From Anthoceros angustus (lineage: Eukaryota; Plantae; Anthocerotophyta), in assembly GCA_010909165.1 (NCBI GenBank), contig MU008172.1:868001-932000 (forward strand): 64,000 bases of DNA, read 5' to 3'. Positions 33,204 to 44,789 of this stretch are shown here, piece after piece. Below the pieces are notes generated by a model. The model was not told the DNA's origin. It searched no databases and saw only the letters and a list, made by a program, of their open reading frames with translations. How positions within the stretch are numbered: position 1 is the stretch's first letter; each line of letters opens with the position of its first letter. Made by a program: the position numbers and the translations under genes.

Positions 33204-35424
33204 AACAAGGTCTCCTAAGACCTGGAGACACACCCCTCTTTTTAGAGACAGAGGTCGAAATGACCAAATTTTACATTTGAAATCAAATCAAATCGTGATT
33301 TCGTGGGTTTTTCCAGACACAAGGGTCAAAACACACATCGCAGATAACCTGTGGTTTTCATAACACCATTTCTAGCTTTATCATGCCATTTGATCTTGCA
33401 AATAATGGTCCTCGGTTGGATCAAGTTTGAAAATACCGCGTTTTCACTTTCAAGGACACTTTTCCAAAATCGGTTAGTCTTTCAAAATCGCCAAGTTTGT
33501 GACGCTTTTGAATATATGTACTAAGGGTCAAAGTCCAAACGAGACTAATGTTGTGGATACATTTCATTTCCTTCACATGCCCCTCATGTCCGACATCCCG
33601 AACGGTGTCTTTAAATATGTGGCAACGTGAAAGTTCAAGTTCAATATGTCTCTACATGTCACTATACATAATACAACAAATGCATCAACACATGTCATTT
33701 GGTATCCAAGTGGTGAATTAGATGTATAATTTAGCCAAATGTAAACTAACTAATCGCCTTCTACGCATTTGCCATCCGAAATACACGACACAAGGCGAGC
33801 TTAAAACCCGAACACTCACTAGACCAGATAGGAGCCAGCTGATTTACTTCACTTATAAAAGGGATAGCTTAAACACCGCCAAGTCATGAATGAAAGTCGA
33901 ACGGGACAAGGCGAAGAAAGCAAAACCGGATGTCCGGTGAGCACCACACACAATGCCCATATTGACCATGCTTTAAACGATGTACCCCGTCAAAGACCAA
34001 AGTGTGTGTAAAGGATTCAACAAAAGCACTATTCCGATTGAGTGAGCATCCGCATAGAAACCAAAACCAATAGTGCTCATTCCTAGGCTAGTCTCAAGTC
34101 GTACACTCTATGCTGAATGCACCACGAACAAGAAACCAACACTAGCGGCGGTCAAACCAGGATGTGCCATTTAGCACCGTGCATCAACACCATCAAATAT
34201 CCGCAAGAGAACACAACCACAAGCAAAAAGAAGGATGAAACATCGCCATACAAGAATCTGGCCGAAACCATACTTGCCATCCTCACTGGGCTCGCCTTCA
34301 CGGTCGCTCCCTCCCTCCACTGCCGCCAAGGCCTTCAGTTTCTGCTGCGACCATCACCGTGGCTAGCTCCCTCCGCCTCCTTCTCGCGCCCATACGCGCC
34401 TTCGCATCCAACTCCTCCAGACAACTCCCGCATCTCCGGCTTCACCGCCAAATATGGTCCGAATCAGAGCTCCCTTTCACCGTCTTCACCTCCTCCCGCA
34501 AGTGAGAGGTCACGGGTTATATCCCTTGGCTTTCCACCCTCATCCCTCCGGGAAGGGTCCACACCCTAGCGGCTCCCTTAAGGCCACCCCGACACCCACC
34601 TCCCTTCCGAACCAACAGGCTTGGGGTGAGGAAAACGGTGCCACTGAAGCCCGGATCGCCCAACAGCGACATTGCCTCGCGTGTTGGACCCCGCGAGGCC
34701 CCACCGAGGAGGTCTTCCTCCTAGCCCTCTTCGCTGCGATGTCAGATGTCACCGTGAGGTAGCCGCCGCCTCGCTTCTCATCGCAATCGTGGAGAACTAG
34801 CCGCACAAAGGCGGGTGCCAGTTGTTAGGAAGCACTGCTGCACCAGGCGAGCACCACCAGGCGAGCACCACCAGGCGAGCGGCGAGCACCACCAGGCGAA
34901 GCCTTTTGCGCTCCAATCTCCGATGCAAATGGCGTCCTCCTCAACCAACACGCACCACTCGCTGCCACCCAAGGCCACCACGCCCCGCTCACCCCCAGTG
35001 GCACTCAGTAGCCGCCAGGATCGCCAACCACGGCAAGCGCAGGCTCTTGGAGCGTGATGGAAAATAAAAAGAAGAGTGAGGGGCAAGAGGGGGGGAGTAC
35101 CCGGCTTCGGAGGAGGGTTTACGCTCCGGTCTCTCCCCCATTCCTTCCCATCCTACATACAATTGTCAGAACCGACAGCCCTGCACGCAGCCCGAAAAAA
35201 ACGGTACACCAGGCCATACACCAGACAAGTGTGAAACCTTACAAAAACATGATACGTGTTACAACTGTGCCCCGGATGTCCGGTGGAGAAGCCATAGAGA
35301 CTCAACCCTGTTTGCCAACACTCCAAAAGAGGAGCACACATCCTAATAAAAACAAACCACCTTCACATAACTAGGAAATCACTGTCTATGACCTCAGCTC
35401 TCTCTCCCGACCAACATCAAAATT

Positions 35425-38400
35425 CTAAATTCTAGGTGGGTTAGGATCTGGCTCCTCGCCGGAGTCCACACCTGCCATCAAGTCCACCAAATAATCAACA
35501 GATGCATCAGAGGATTCAATGTTGTCCAGGTCTTCCGAATCAATCCGCTCATCACCGGTTTCATCACCATCAACAGGAGGAAGCATGTACCTTCCTCACT
35601 AGGCTCAGTAACTCAAAGACCTTCCTCTTCAACATATCCATGGTGTTTTGCTTAAAGTCCTGCTCCTCGTCAACACAAAATCGTAACCCATGATCGTGGT
35701 CTCCAAAAGCTTGATGGCTTGGACATGTTTCTTCAAAGGATTCCGCGCCTACCTTTCCGTGACTGGGGGTACTCGACCCATTCCTCCGAGTACCTACCCT
35801 CAAGTGCATTAGGGTTTTCTGCGCCACCGGTGGATTTGTGCGGGTCACAGCCTTCATGGTCCACCTCCACAACCTTGCCTAGCCGAAGGCCGGCCCTCGG
35901 GGTCATCTGCGGCTGGACCGCAATCATCATGCCCGCTTGGATCTCGAATAGATCCTCCGCTTGTTGTTCCAACTGCTCCGCCTAGCGGCGATCCTGCGGC
36001 ACCGATAAATCTCTGGCCCTGTCCAAATATTCGCCTTGCTAGTCTGCATCCACCACTACTTCGAAACATCACGGAGGTTCTTGAGCATGCGCTTCCGGTT
36101 ATACCATGTCCATGCTGCTTTCCAATGGACAAGATGACTGACGCTACTAAACCCGCTATTGCCAATCGCTCCTCCCAAAACCATCCCACCAAGATAGCAA
36201 CGCATTGAAGATTTCGTGGAAGTTCTTAACCGCCTATTGTCTTCCACTCCAGCCATAGCCTCGGGGACATACATGTGGATGCTCCTTTGCTCCTTGCCCT
36301 TCGCCCTCACATGCAGTGGTACCAGTGGAGCCGCAACAATCTCCCTCTCTGGCACTCCATCCCGTAACAGCTGAACACCACCATCTGGGGTCCATTGTGC
36401 AGCCGTGGAAAATTGCTTGCACCTCAGCACCGTCACAAACTCATGACTAGGCAACTCCTCCCGAGTGACCTTAAATTGATGTTGAAAACTGTGGTTGTGT
36501 AGACTGTACGTTGCAGGAGAACCTCCGGGCGGCCATAAATATTGCTTAAAATCGGCACCTCCTTCATGAGATGGACCTTGAGGGAGTATAAGCCCTCCAA
36601 GCAAGCAATCAACTCCCAATGTGTATGCCTCTTTCAAGTTCAAGACAATGTAAAACGGAAAACATTTGATCAATCGATCATGGGTATGGCCAACAATGAG
36701 AAACCCCACTTTAACCTTCTTAAAAATACCAATGGACACCAACATCGCGCAATACGCCAACACCTCCTGGTTCTTGTTACCGTATTGTCCATCTGCAAAG
36801 AGTTTCGTGCAATTGCCCTCCCACAAATTAATCACATGCTGGATTAGCAATTGTGCCGTTAGGATCATTCCAATATTGGGGTAGAGGTACACATAAGTGC
36901 GCATGAATTTGTTGAACACCAAAACCCCAACCACATGGATGTAGATTAGGGCAAGACATCTTTGGGCACTCTACGGAAATGAGGCAACTCAGTTTTTTTC
37001 TGGTCCATACCATCTATCGCAATCCCTATGTACTTGGTCGGTTGAGCCATACACTTCCCGCGATGCTTCGCCATTTTCCTCCGCTCCATCTGTTGTTGAT
37101 CCCGGTGATAATTGAGGAGTTCTCTGTTTCTATCTGCACATACAAGGGCCACCATCAGTACACGCACGCGCAACAACGCAAGTGTTCCTGCACTGTGGCC
37201 CAAAGTCATCTACGTGCCAAACCCTAAGTCTCCTAAGGCCATAGGGTTTGCGCCGCACACTTCTACCAGTACACGGCCATCCAATCACCGGACATCCCGG
37301 TGCTTACAGTGATAAGGTAGATGGATTCTCGGGTTGTACCTTGCTCTTTGTCGTTCCCGGCGTTTTTTATTTTAGCTTTTAACTTCTCACAGATAGCACA
37401 GACGGAGAAGCGGTTGGATCTTGGTATTTTAACAGACCGGCGTCGATCCACAACTTGCGTAAATAGTGTAACATACATGTGCGGTAATCGCTCTTGCCTG
37501 TTGTCTAGCATACTCAATATAAATCTCCTCCTTCGTGAATGTATCAGGCAGGTTAAAGACTTCCCTATTGGGTAGCCTTTCCACATTTCCTTTGAAAAAC
37601 AAATCCATCCACATTACAGCCTGTAGACCATATGAAGTAGGTATTTTTCCTGGCCTGGGCTCAGCGGCAAACCTCGTCCCCTTCTGTACTCGGGTCTGAG
37701 CATTCCGATACCGGAGTGCCCCAATGCAAAACACACGGCAAAATGCCCTCACACACACCGAAACCTTTCCGTGTGGTAGCTTGTTCAACCATCCGGTCAC
37801 GACACGGCCATATCTTCGATCACATCAACTGGGTCCCGCAAATGCTGCTCCTCCCCTTACTCATCGAAAAAGGCACGCGAGCTTTTAGCCGCCATGTCCC
37901 AACTTTCCTATGCACTTTCTCCCACAGACCGCCTCCTCAGTGCACATAGCTTGACTACAAGTCGCCAAAACATTGTCCACCTTATTCCTTGCAGATGGTT
38001 CTTGGTGGAACACATAACCCCATCCATAGACGCAACTCCAACCCCTCGACTTGGGATTAGCAGGAGCGGATTTCGCACACCGGGAGGCCTCGCTCGCCTC
38101 CTCTCCAAACAAAGGTGCAATCGGATCTCGTACCACATTTGGTCTCCCCGCCTTCCACTCCAACCTCCTTCACCCACTCGCAACTCCAAACCAAAATCAA
38201 CAATGCCATGGACCTTCTCACCACAACCGACTCAAAGAACACTCGCTTCCGATTCCGTTATTCTTTGCCAGGCTGCGGTGAAACACAACGTTGAAAATAC
38301 TCCTGCGACCCACACTGGATCCGCTTGTAGGCGCCACCTTGTCTCCTCTCGCGCGAGACACACCCGCTTGGCCCGGGGATTTGGATCTGGGCAAAACATC

Positions 38401-38944
38401 CTCGCCAACTTCTTCGCACCCGGTGACTTGAACAAGCCAGGGTAAATGGTACCTGGCGCAGGCTGCCGAGGCGGGCCAAGATTGCGGATATCGGGGGAGG
38501 GATATCGAGGGCGCCGCCTCTCTTGTTCACGGCGGCGGGCACGAGCTACCGCTCGATCCACATGGTCTGCAATTTCTTGCTGATCGCGCCGCGCTCGTTC
38601 CGGTGTCCACCCAGGATCGAACAAAAACAAGTCTCCATCGCTTGCGACCTCGTCCGCTATACCACCCTGCAGGGCGGTGTCATCCAAGTCGATGTGTGCC
38701 ATGTTCTTCGACTACAGAGACATTCACCGGACGTCCGCGTTCCCTTGGTTGTCCATCATCACCGCCGCCAAGTCCACGATGTCGGACTCGGACACATGCC
38801 CGAGATCTTCATCGCGTACCAGTCCGCTGCTCACCAAATCAAAGAACTCTTCCTCTGCTACCGAGGTCACCGCCATTGTGCGCTACCAAAGAGTAGAAGA
38901 AAGTGCTGCTCACAATGTGCTCGGGTGAAGACGTAGCTAGACAT
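35425..38944 (-). CDS. DDD/E transposase, Sola-like, frameshifted
   Basis: VSVCVRAFCRVFCIG; RFSVCAICEKLK; IAIDGMDQKKTELPHF (37000-37017); frameshift-corrected LQMDNT..NKNQEVLAYCAMLVSIGIFKKVKVGFLIVGHTHD.IDQMFS (36664-36800); C-terminal LGKVVEVD Tudor-like segment. Confidence 0.8.
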
Positions 38945-39166
38945 GTTCAAACTTGTATCCAGCCTCGTGGCCCGCTCCGTAATCAATTATGACTTGACGC
39001 GGATGTCCGAATTGCGGCTCTGATCCCGGCGGCCGTGCCTTAATGATTGCAAGGATCGAGAGCGAGGTTATGCAAAGGCGAAACATGTTTAGCCGGATGG
39101 CAAAACATGGAATATTCTCATAAATATGCTTTACTACTTGTTTTGCGATGTGCCTTTGGAGCGCGA

Positions 39167-42100
39167 ATGAAGGCTAAACTTGGCGACGATCGGGCATTGG
39201 ATGATTTCGCGAGTGGTGGAATTACAGAATTGTCCCGACGATGCCGAGTCTCTTGCACATCGTGACCCCACATAGTCATACTACCTTCCTCCAGCGCTGG
39301 AAGACCGATTTTGGCGCCAACCGAGCCGAGATGGTGGATATATTGAGCGAGGGACAAAGCGATGATTTGTCTCTTATCCTCGATTCGACCGCGAGGAATC
39401 GGAGTGTCTTTCGACCATGTGGTTTCATTGAAGGTCAACACCGCTCCAACCTCACAGGCCATCCGTGTTTCACGAAGAACATACCAGGTCCGCTGATGTG
39501 CGCCGACTTTTCGACAATCCTTAATGCTTGCGATCAATTATGTGCTTCCCTCATGTTATACTTGCTAATATGTCCAATGATCTCCTTGCTACAATGGGTT
39601 GTTTGGCAGATGGGCCCTCAAACAGAAGCGGAGCAAAGGCGCCAAACCCGATGGAGCGCTAGCGGGAGAAAACGGACCAGCGGCAGCCTTTGATTCAGGC
39701 CCCATGGAGACCGTGACATCCGGATCCGGCATCAAGATGCATACCCGACACCGTGAACCCGCGCCCACGACAACGCCCCCAACTAGAGCAACTTTCCAAA
39801 GTCCTTACAAGCAGCGACATCGACATGATCGATGCTTCAGGACAACTCTCCTTCGATATATCCGATGTGAGTTGGATCAGGCAACAACGCCCTGCAGACG
39901 GTTGGTATTTCGCATCTTGGGTGCCGGACAAGCCGATTCAAAGCCCTCATGTCTTGGTGCCGCTTTTGTTCACGCAATTGTGGAGAAGGATGACCAAGGG
40001 TATGTCATTTTTGTGTACATCAAGACAAACTACCAAACCCGACCCCAATGTCGTCCGAGTCTACTCACCGTGATCAAGAATTTTGACATCGTGGCTTGCC
40101 CGGAAGCGTCGTGAAGAATCCGCAGGCTTGCAAAAATGATGGGCATGAGTTTTCCACAAGGTAATGCACCAAGTATGTTTAGAAGGCATTAGGCCGCCGG
40201 TACTGTCGGATTGGTGTAAACCCACCCGTCGCCGCAGGGTGGTAGTGGATCATCGGCCGGTGAAAGGCGATAGACGACATCGACTTGACGGAATTCAAAG
40301 CATCCAAGCGGTGCATCCGCAAGCACACCGCAGCATATCCGCCAGAAGCAACAACAAAAGCATCGTGATCAGCCGGAAGCATCTTCAAGATGGCGGAATC
40401 TCACAAGGGCATCTGCAGGAAAGCAACCAGCCTCACCGGATGCAACCGAGCAAAGGCATCCGAGGGAAGCATCCCGCAATGCCATGGTGGGGAAACATCC
40501 TAGCACCGCATCCGCTCGAGGTCCGCAATACAACCAATTGCAAATGATCCAGAAAGATCGGCCCGGCTTCCGCTGGCCCCCCGAGCTGGTGTGCACCGAC
40601 GTCCGGGTTTTGACTGCCACTGTGACTTTGTGATTCTTCAAGGCCAAGGAAGCTAGCTTGACCGGGTATGACGAGGATATGGAGAACAGGTGAGGACACA
40701 GAGGACTATGGATGGCGCCCCGCCGAGGAGGACGAAGATGATCAAGACGGTGAAGATGGCTCACCTGGAAGGAGACCTGCGAGGCTAATGACGATGAGCA
40801 TGACCTCGAGGTCCTATCCCCACTGCATGATTGCTCACAGCGGTCTTCGTGGCTTGTCTGGATCGCAGGAGGGTGCAGCAGTCGCCGCCGTGGGGAATGC
40901 ATCAAAGGGGCGAGAGGGAGGAGCCGGAGATGGCAAACCAATCGATGAGAAGGCGCAGTTCGCGTAGTGGCAAAGCCAAGAAGGCAAGGGCAAACGGAGA
41001 AGCTGCAATTGCAATTGGGAGCGAAGAGTCGGAGGAGGAGGATGAACCGCTTCCGTGTTTGTGGAGATTGCCAAGGATAGCGGTGGCTACAGACGATGAG
41101 CTTGCGCCATCAAAGCGTATGCAAGCCGGACGTGGAAAGGGACGGTATCGCAATGAAGAGAGTGTGGAGTCTACTGCGCCAATCAAGTGTTGCACTTCGA
41201 GGAAGGCAGCCTGTGGTGAGGAAGTTGGATCTCGCATGGGTAGAGGCTTTGATGCAAAAGATGAAGCATTGTCCCTGGGTGTGTTGCCCATGGTTGTGGT
41301 TGTGGATCCGCACAATGTGCTACACAAGAGAATTTCGGCGTTCAAGGTGGGGAAGGTGGGGATTACATTTTTTCGCCTTAGGGGGAAACCATTCCTTCCA
41401 GGCAAGGTCCCGGCTGTCTCATCTGTACCCACTGGTGGAAGAGTACAAGTGGATGGATGCATATGTGCTCGCTGGACTCACTGAGGACGAGATGAGGATC
41501 GTAGCCACGGACCACAACACCATAGCAGATGCCAGGAAGACATTTACCTTCATGGACCGTGTGCGTTACATCAGAAGTGAGCTGCTGTCTCGGAGGTCGA
41601 AGGGTTTGAAGTGTGACGTGGATTGGAAGTTGGATGTGTATGCACGGTTAGGCAAGATCCCCAAGTGGGATGCAGCCAAGCATGGCCCCAAGGTGCAGTA
41701 TCACCGCCTGGTGGACAATAGGACACTGGATTATTGTGTGGCTAAAGTTGACGAAGAAGTGTGGAGGTATGTGGACGAGATTTTCGAGAAGTGGGAATGT
41801 AAGCAACTACCTGAGCAGATAGACGCTGCCCGAGCACTAGCAGCGAAACAGGCGAAGGCTACAAGGAAGTCGAGGAAATCTGCAGCGAGAGATCTTGTGG
41901 TCATCGATGTGAAGGAATCGGATGTTCCTGTGAGAGTGTGGAAGTGTTTTCAGGGTATCGAGCACTCAGCAGCAGGCAACAACAATTTGAAGACGGCATG
42001 CATGAAGGTTTTGGCTGGAGAAATGAGCTTGAAGCAAATGCAAGAGTGGGTGGAGAAGGCCAAAAAATTGAACCTCATTCACATCACCTCATAAGAACCC

Positions 42101-43849
42101 GAATTGTGAGACTTTCCAGGTTAGGGATCGATACCCTCAATACAAAGACGGTGGAGTAGATCGAACTTTCAACCGGCATTCAAAAATATGGTAAGTGACA
42201 TGGACAAGCACCGCCACCGGCATGTGATATGTACTAAATGTAAATATGCTTGTTTGCGCATGGTTTGTTTCCACGGCTTGGAACTTTGCCATTGCGTGCG
42301 CGGGCCAATGCCTCTCGAGTGGAGTGCACTCGACAATTTCAAGGAACATGTTTTGAAAGCCAAAGCTTGGAGGATAATGGCGATGAGCAACAACAATTTG
42401 AAGATGGCATGCATGAAGGTTTTGGCTGGAGAAATGAGCTTGAAGCAAATGCAAGAGTGGGTGGAGAAGGCCAAAAATTGAACCTCATTCACATCACCCT
42501 TGCGAAGAACACATTGTGAGACTTTCCAGTTAGGGATCGATACCCTCAATACACGGTGGAGTAGATCGAACTTTCAACGGCATTCAAAAATATGGTAAGT
42601 GACATGGACAAGCACCGCCACCATGTGATATGTACTAAGCGAAATATGCTTGTTTGCGCATGGTTTGTTTCCGTCGGCGATTGGAACTTTGCCATTGTGC
42701 GCGGGCCAATGCATCTCGAGTGGAGTGCACTCCACAATTTCAAGGAACATGTTTTGAAAGCCAAAGCTTGGAGGATAATGGCGGATGGCGACAATTGTTG
42801 GAGGCCTCCGATCAAAAAGTTGGACTTTCGTGGATGACGGAGAACCCGCAGGTAGGTATAGTATGTGGCAACATCGTGCAGATGGCCCAGTTTCTAGAAC
42901 CCCGTCCGTTTGCCATGATTCTGTTGGACTTGCCCCGGGGGTTGAATTTGGATGCGAACTCTAGGGAGTATGACACGCGGTTCACTCGTCAGGAATTTGA
43001 GAAGATCATAATGACATTCCAGGGCATCACAACGTCTGAGGTTTTTCGAGTCGTGGTATTCCATTCGCCTGATGATATGTCCATGGTTCGTGAAGTTTTG
43101 CTTGCAGCATGTAAAGGTGGTGTCACGTCCTGCTTCTGGCACAAAACTAATGTGACGGCACCCTCCACAGAGCAGTCAGATGATGCGGTGATTACATCAC
43201 CACGGCGCAGCTCCTTAAAGCGATTGTCCGCCTCAAAGATTTCTCCTCGGCATCACCGATGTTATGAATGACGCAGAGGGTTGACAACTTGCTTTCCGAG
43301 AAGGTCAGGAACATAAGCTATGTTACAACACGGCAGATGATAGGGTGGTTTCCTACCGAAGCCCATTAGATTGTTGAGGAAGTTGATTGAGCTATACAAT
43401 GGAAGGCGAGTGGATCCTAGATGGTTGTGCAGTGCCCGTTCGGTATGGTAGCACCCTCAAGTCCGCCGCAATGGATGATAGACGAGATCCCGAGCGGTGC
43501 AATTCATGGGTTTGCGGCTCAATACGATGGACAACCGCCAAGCGAGGAGGAGGAGGTGGGAGACGTTGAGCGCAGACCCAAGACGTGCGAAAGAGCCCAT
43601 GGTGAACACCGCAGTGGCCGAGGTCGCTTTTGTGGGTCCGGGCGCGTGCATAAGAAGACGCGATGCACAATTGAGGCGTGTCGATCCACTTTCGATCGGT
43701 GTTGTAGGACATCAGCCGACAAGTGCGAGGAGGTTAGTGAGAAAGACGCAGCACATTGGCGAGATGGCGGAAGAGGCTTTTGCCGCAACATTGGGGCCGA
43801 TGGATCGAGGTCCATCCTTGAGACGCCGACCGAGAAGTATGATGGCTGA
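39167..43849 (+). CDS. Large ParB/Srx-like + beta-class amino (N6A/N4C) DNA methyltransferase with a C-terminal Cys-rich (PHD-like) segment; frameshifted, with an internal 411-bp duplication
   Basis: ParB-like: VRKLDLAWVEALMQKM...PMVVVVDP...FFALGGNHSFQARSRL...AGLTEDEMRIVATDHN (GGNHS 41381-41395). Motif IV-like MILLDLPRG (42927-42941), FWHKTN, KPIRLLRKLIELY (43359-43397), then motif I-like GEWILDGCA...GSTLKSAA (43405-43460). This is the IV-TRD-I order of beta-class methyltransferases. Confidence 0.75.
41976..42785. repeat. About 411-bp imperfect tandem duplication inside the methyltransferase gene
   Basis: GCAACAACAATTTGAAGA...GAAGGCCAAAAA starts at 41976 and 42387; the copies differ mostly by small deletions. 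Confidence 0.9.
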
Positions 43850-44789
43850 TTGACTCTCGGACAACTTCCGGACAACTTCCAGGCGGACAAAACAAACTTG
43901 TAGCATCGAACTGGATTGGGAGAGAGTTGTGAGGGCTAGGAAATCTGCAGACGACCGGTTGGTTAACGTTGCTTTTGTGTTGGACTCCAAGCTTTGAGAC
44001 AACTTGCGATGCGCATGACCATGTCTTGCACAACACCGGACAGCCGGTGATAAAGGCTTGCTCGGTGTCCATTGTGTCCAGCTTGATCCAAGCTCTTGCG
44101 TAACCATTTTTGTTCACGATGGCTCGAGCAAGGGAGAAACATGGTCGGCGCTGAACAACATTGCATCAATGAGCATCCTCATGCATATCCTTCAATCGAA
44201 CACCGGAAAAGGGGATTGAGAACTACGCCACGCCGCCCCCAATCGCCATTTCCTGTGCACGCACGCACGGCCGGCGCATTGGTGTGCATGAGTTGGCCCC
44301 TGCGAGGCGGGCGTAGGGAAGGCGAGTGGCACCCGATTCGAGCTTCGTCCATGTGAAGTGTCATGGCCGAGACCTTATCGAATTGCAAATCGATATCGAC
44401 CATGGCGGGCGCTTATACCGGACCAACGAATAGCGAAATGCATTGCTATAAGAAATTGTCAACACGGCCACACGGGTCTGTTGTGGTGGAAAGCCTTCGC
44501 TGGTGATTAGTCGCGACATGATGAATGCATTCATCATATGCATGTAAAGGACGATGTCACGATGCGTGTACGACCGCATTGAACCCGCAATTGTAAATAG
44601 ATTGCCGCACGGTGTGTCCGAAAGGCCAGCGGTATGAAGTTGGAGATTTCATCCAATTTCGGTAGTGCAACCTCGGGCTGCACCGGCTAAAATGGATTCA
44701 TACCATTCGCATTCACGGATGTCCGGGTCATACAAGTACAAGACAATGTGCGCTCTTTTTTCTGTCGGCCTACGGACCCTTAAACTCAT
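43850..44789 (-). CDS. Third transposon ORF (about 310 aa reconstructed): candidate 2OG-Fe(II) dioxygenase (AlkB-like); second copy at about 45320-46260
   Basis: ATG 44789: MSLRVRRPTEKRAHIVLYLYDPDIRECEWYESILAGAGPRLHYRGNWMKSLNF...YSLVRYKRPPWSI.DLQFDKVSAMTLHMDE (HxD at 44347-44355)...DAMLFSADHVSPLPEHVNKNGYARAWIKL (H at 44141-44143, R at 44094-44096). Built from two frameshifted copies. Confidence 0.45.

Noticed and set aside
39118-39537. 139-aa minus-strand ORF as a separate transposon gene
   Set aside because: It is antisense to plus-strand frames that continue into the MTase gene and has no motif support; it is kept only as a shadow ORF.
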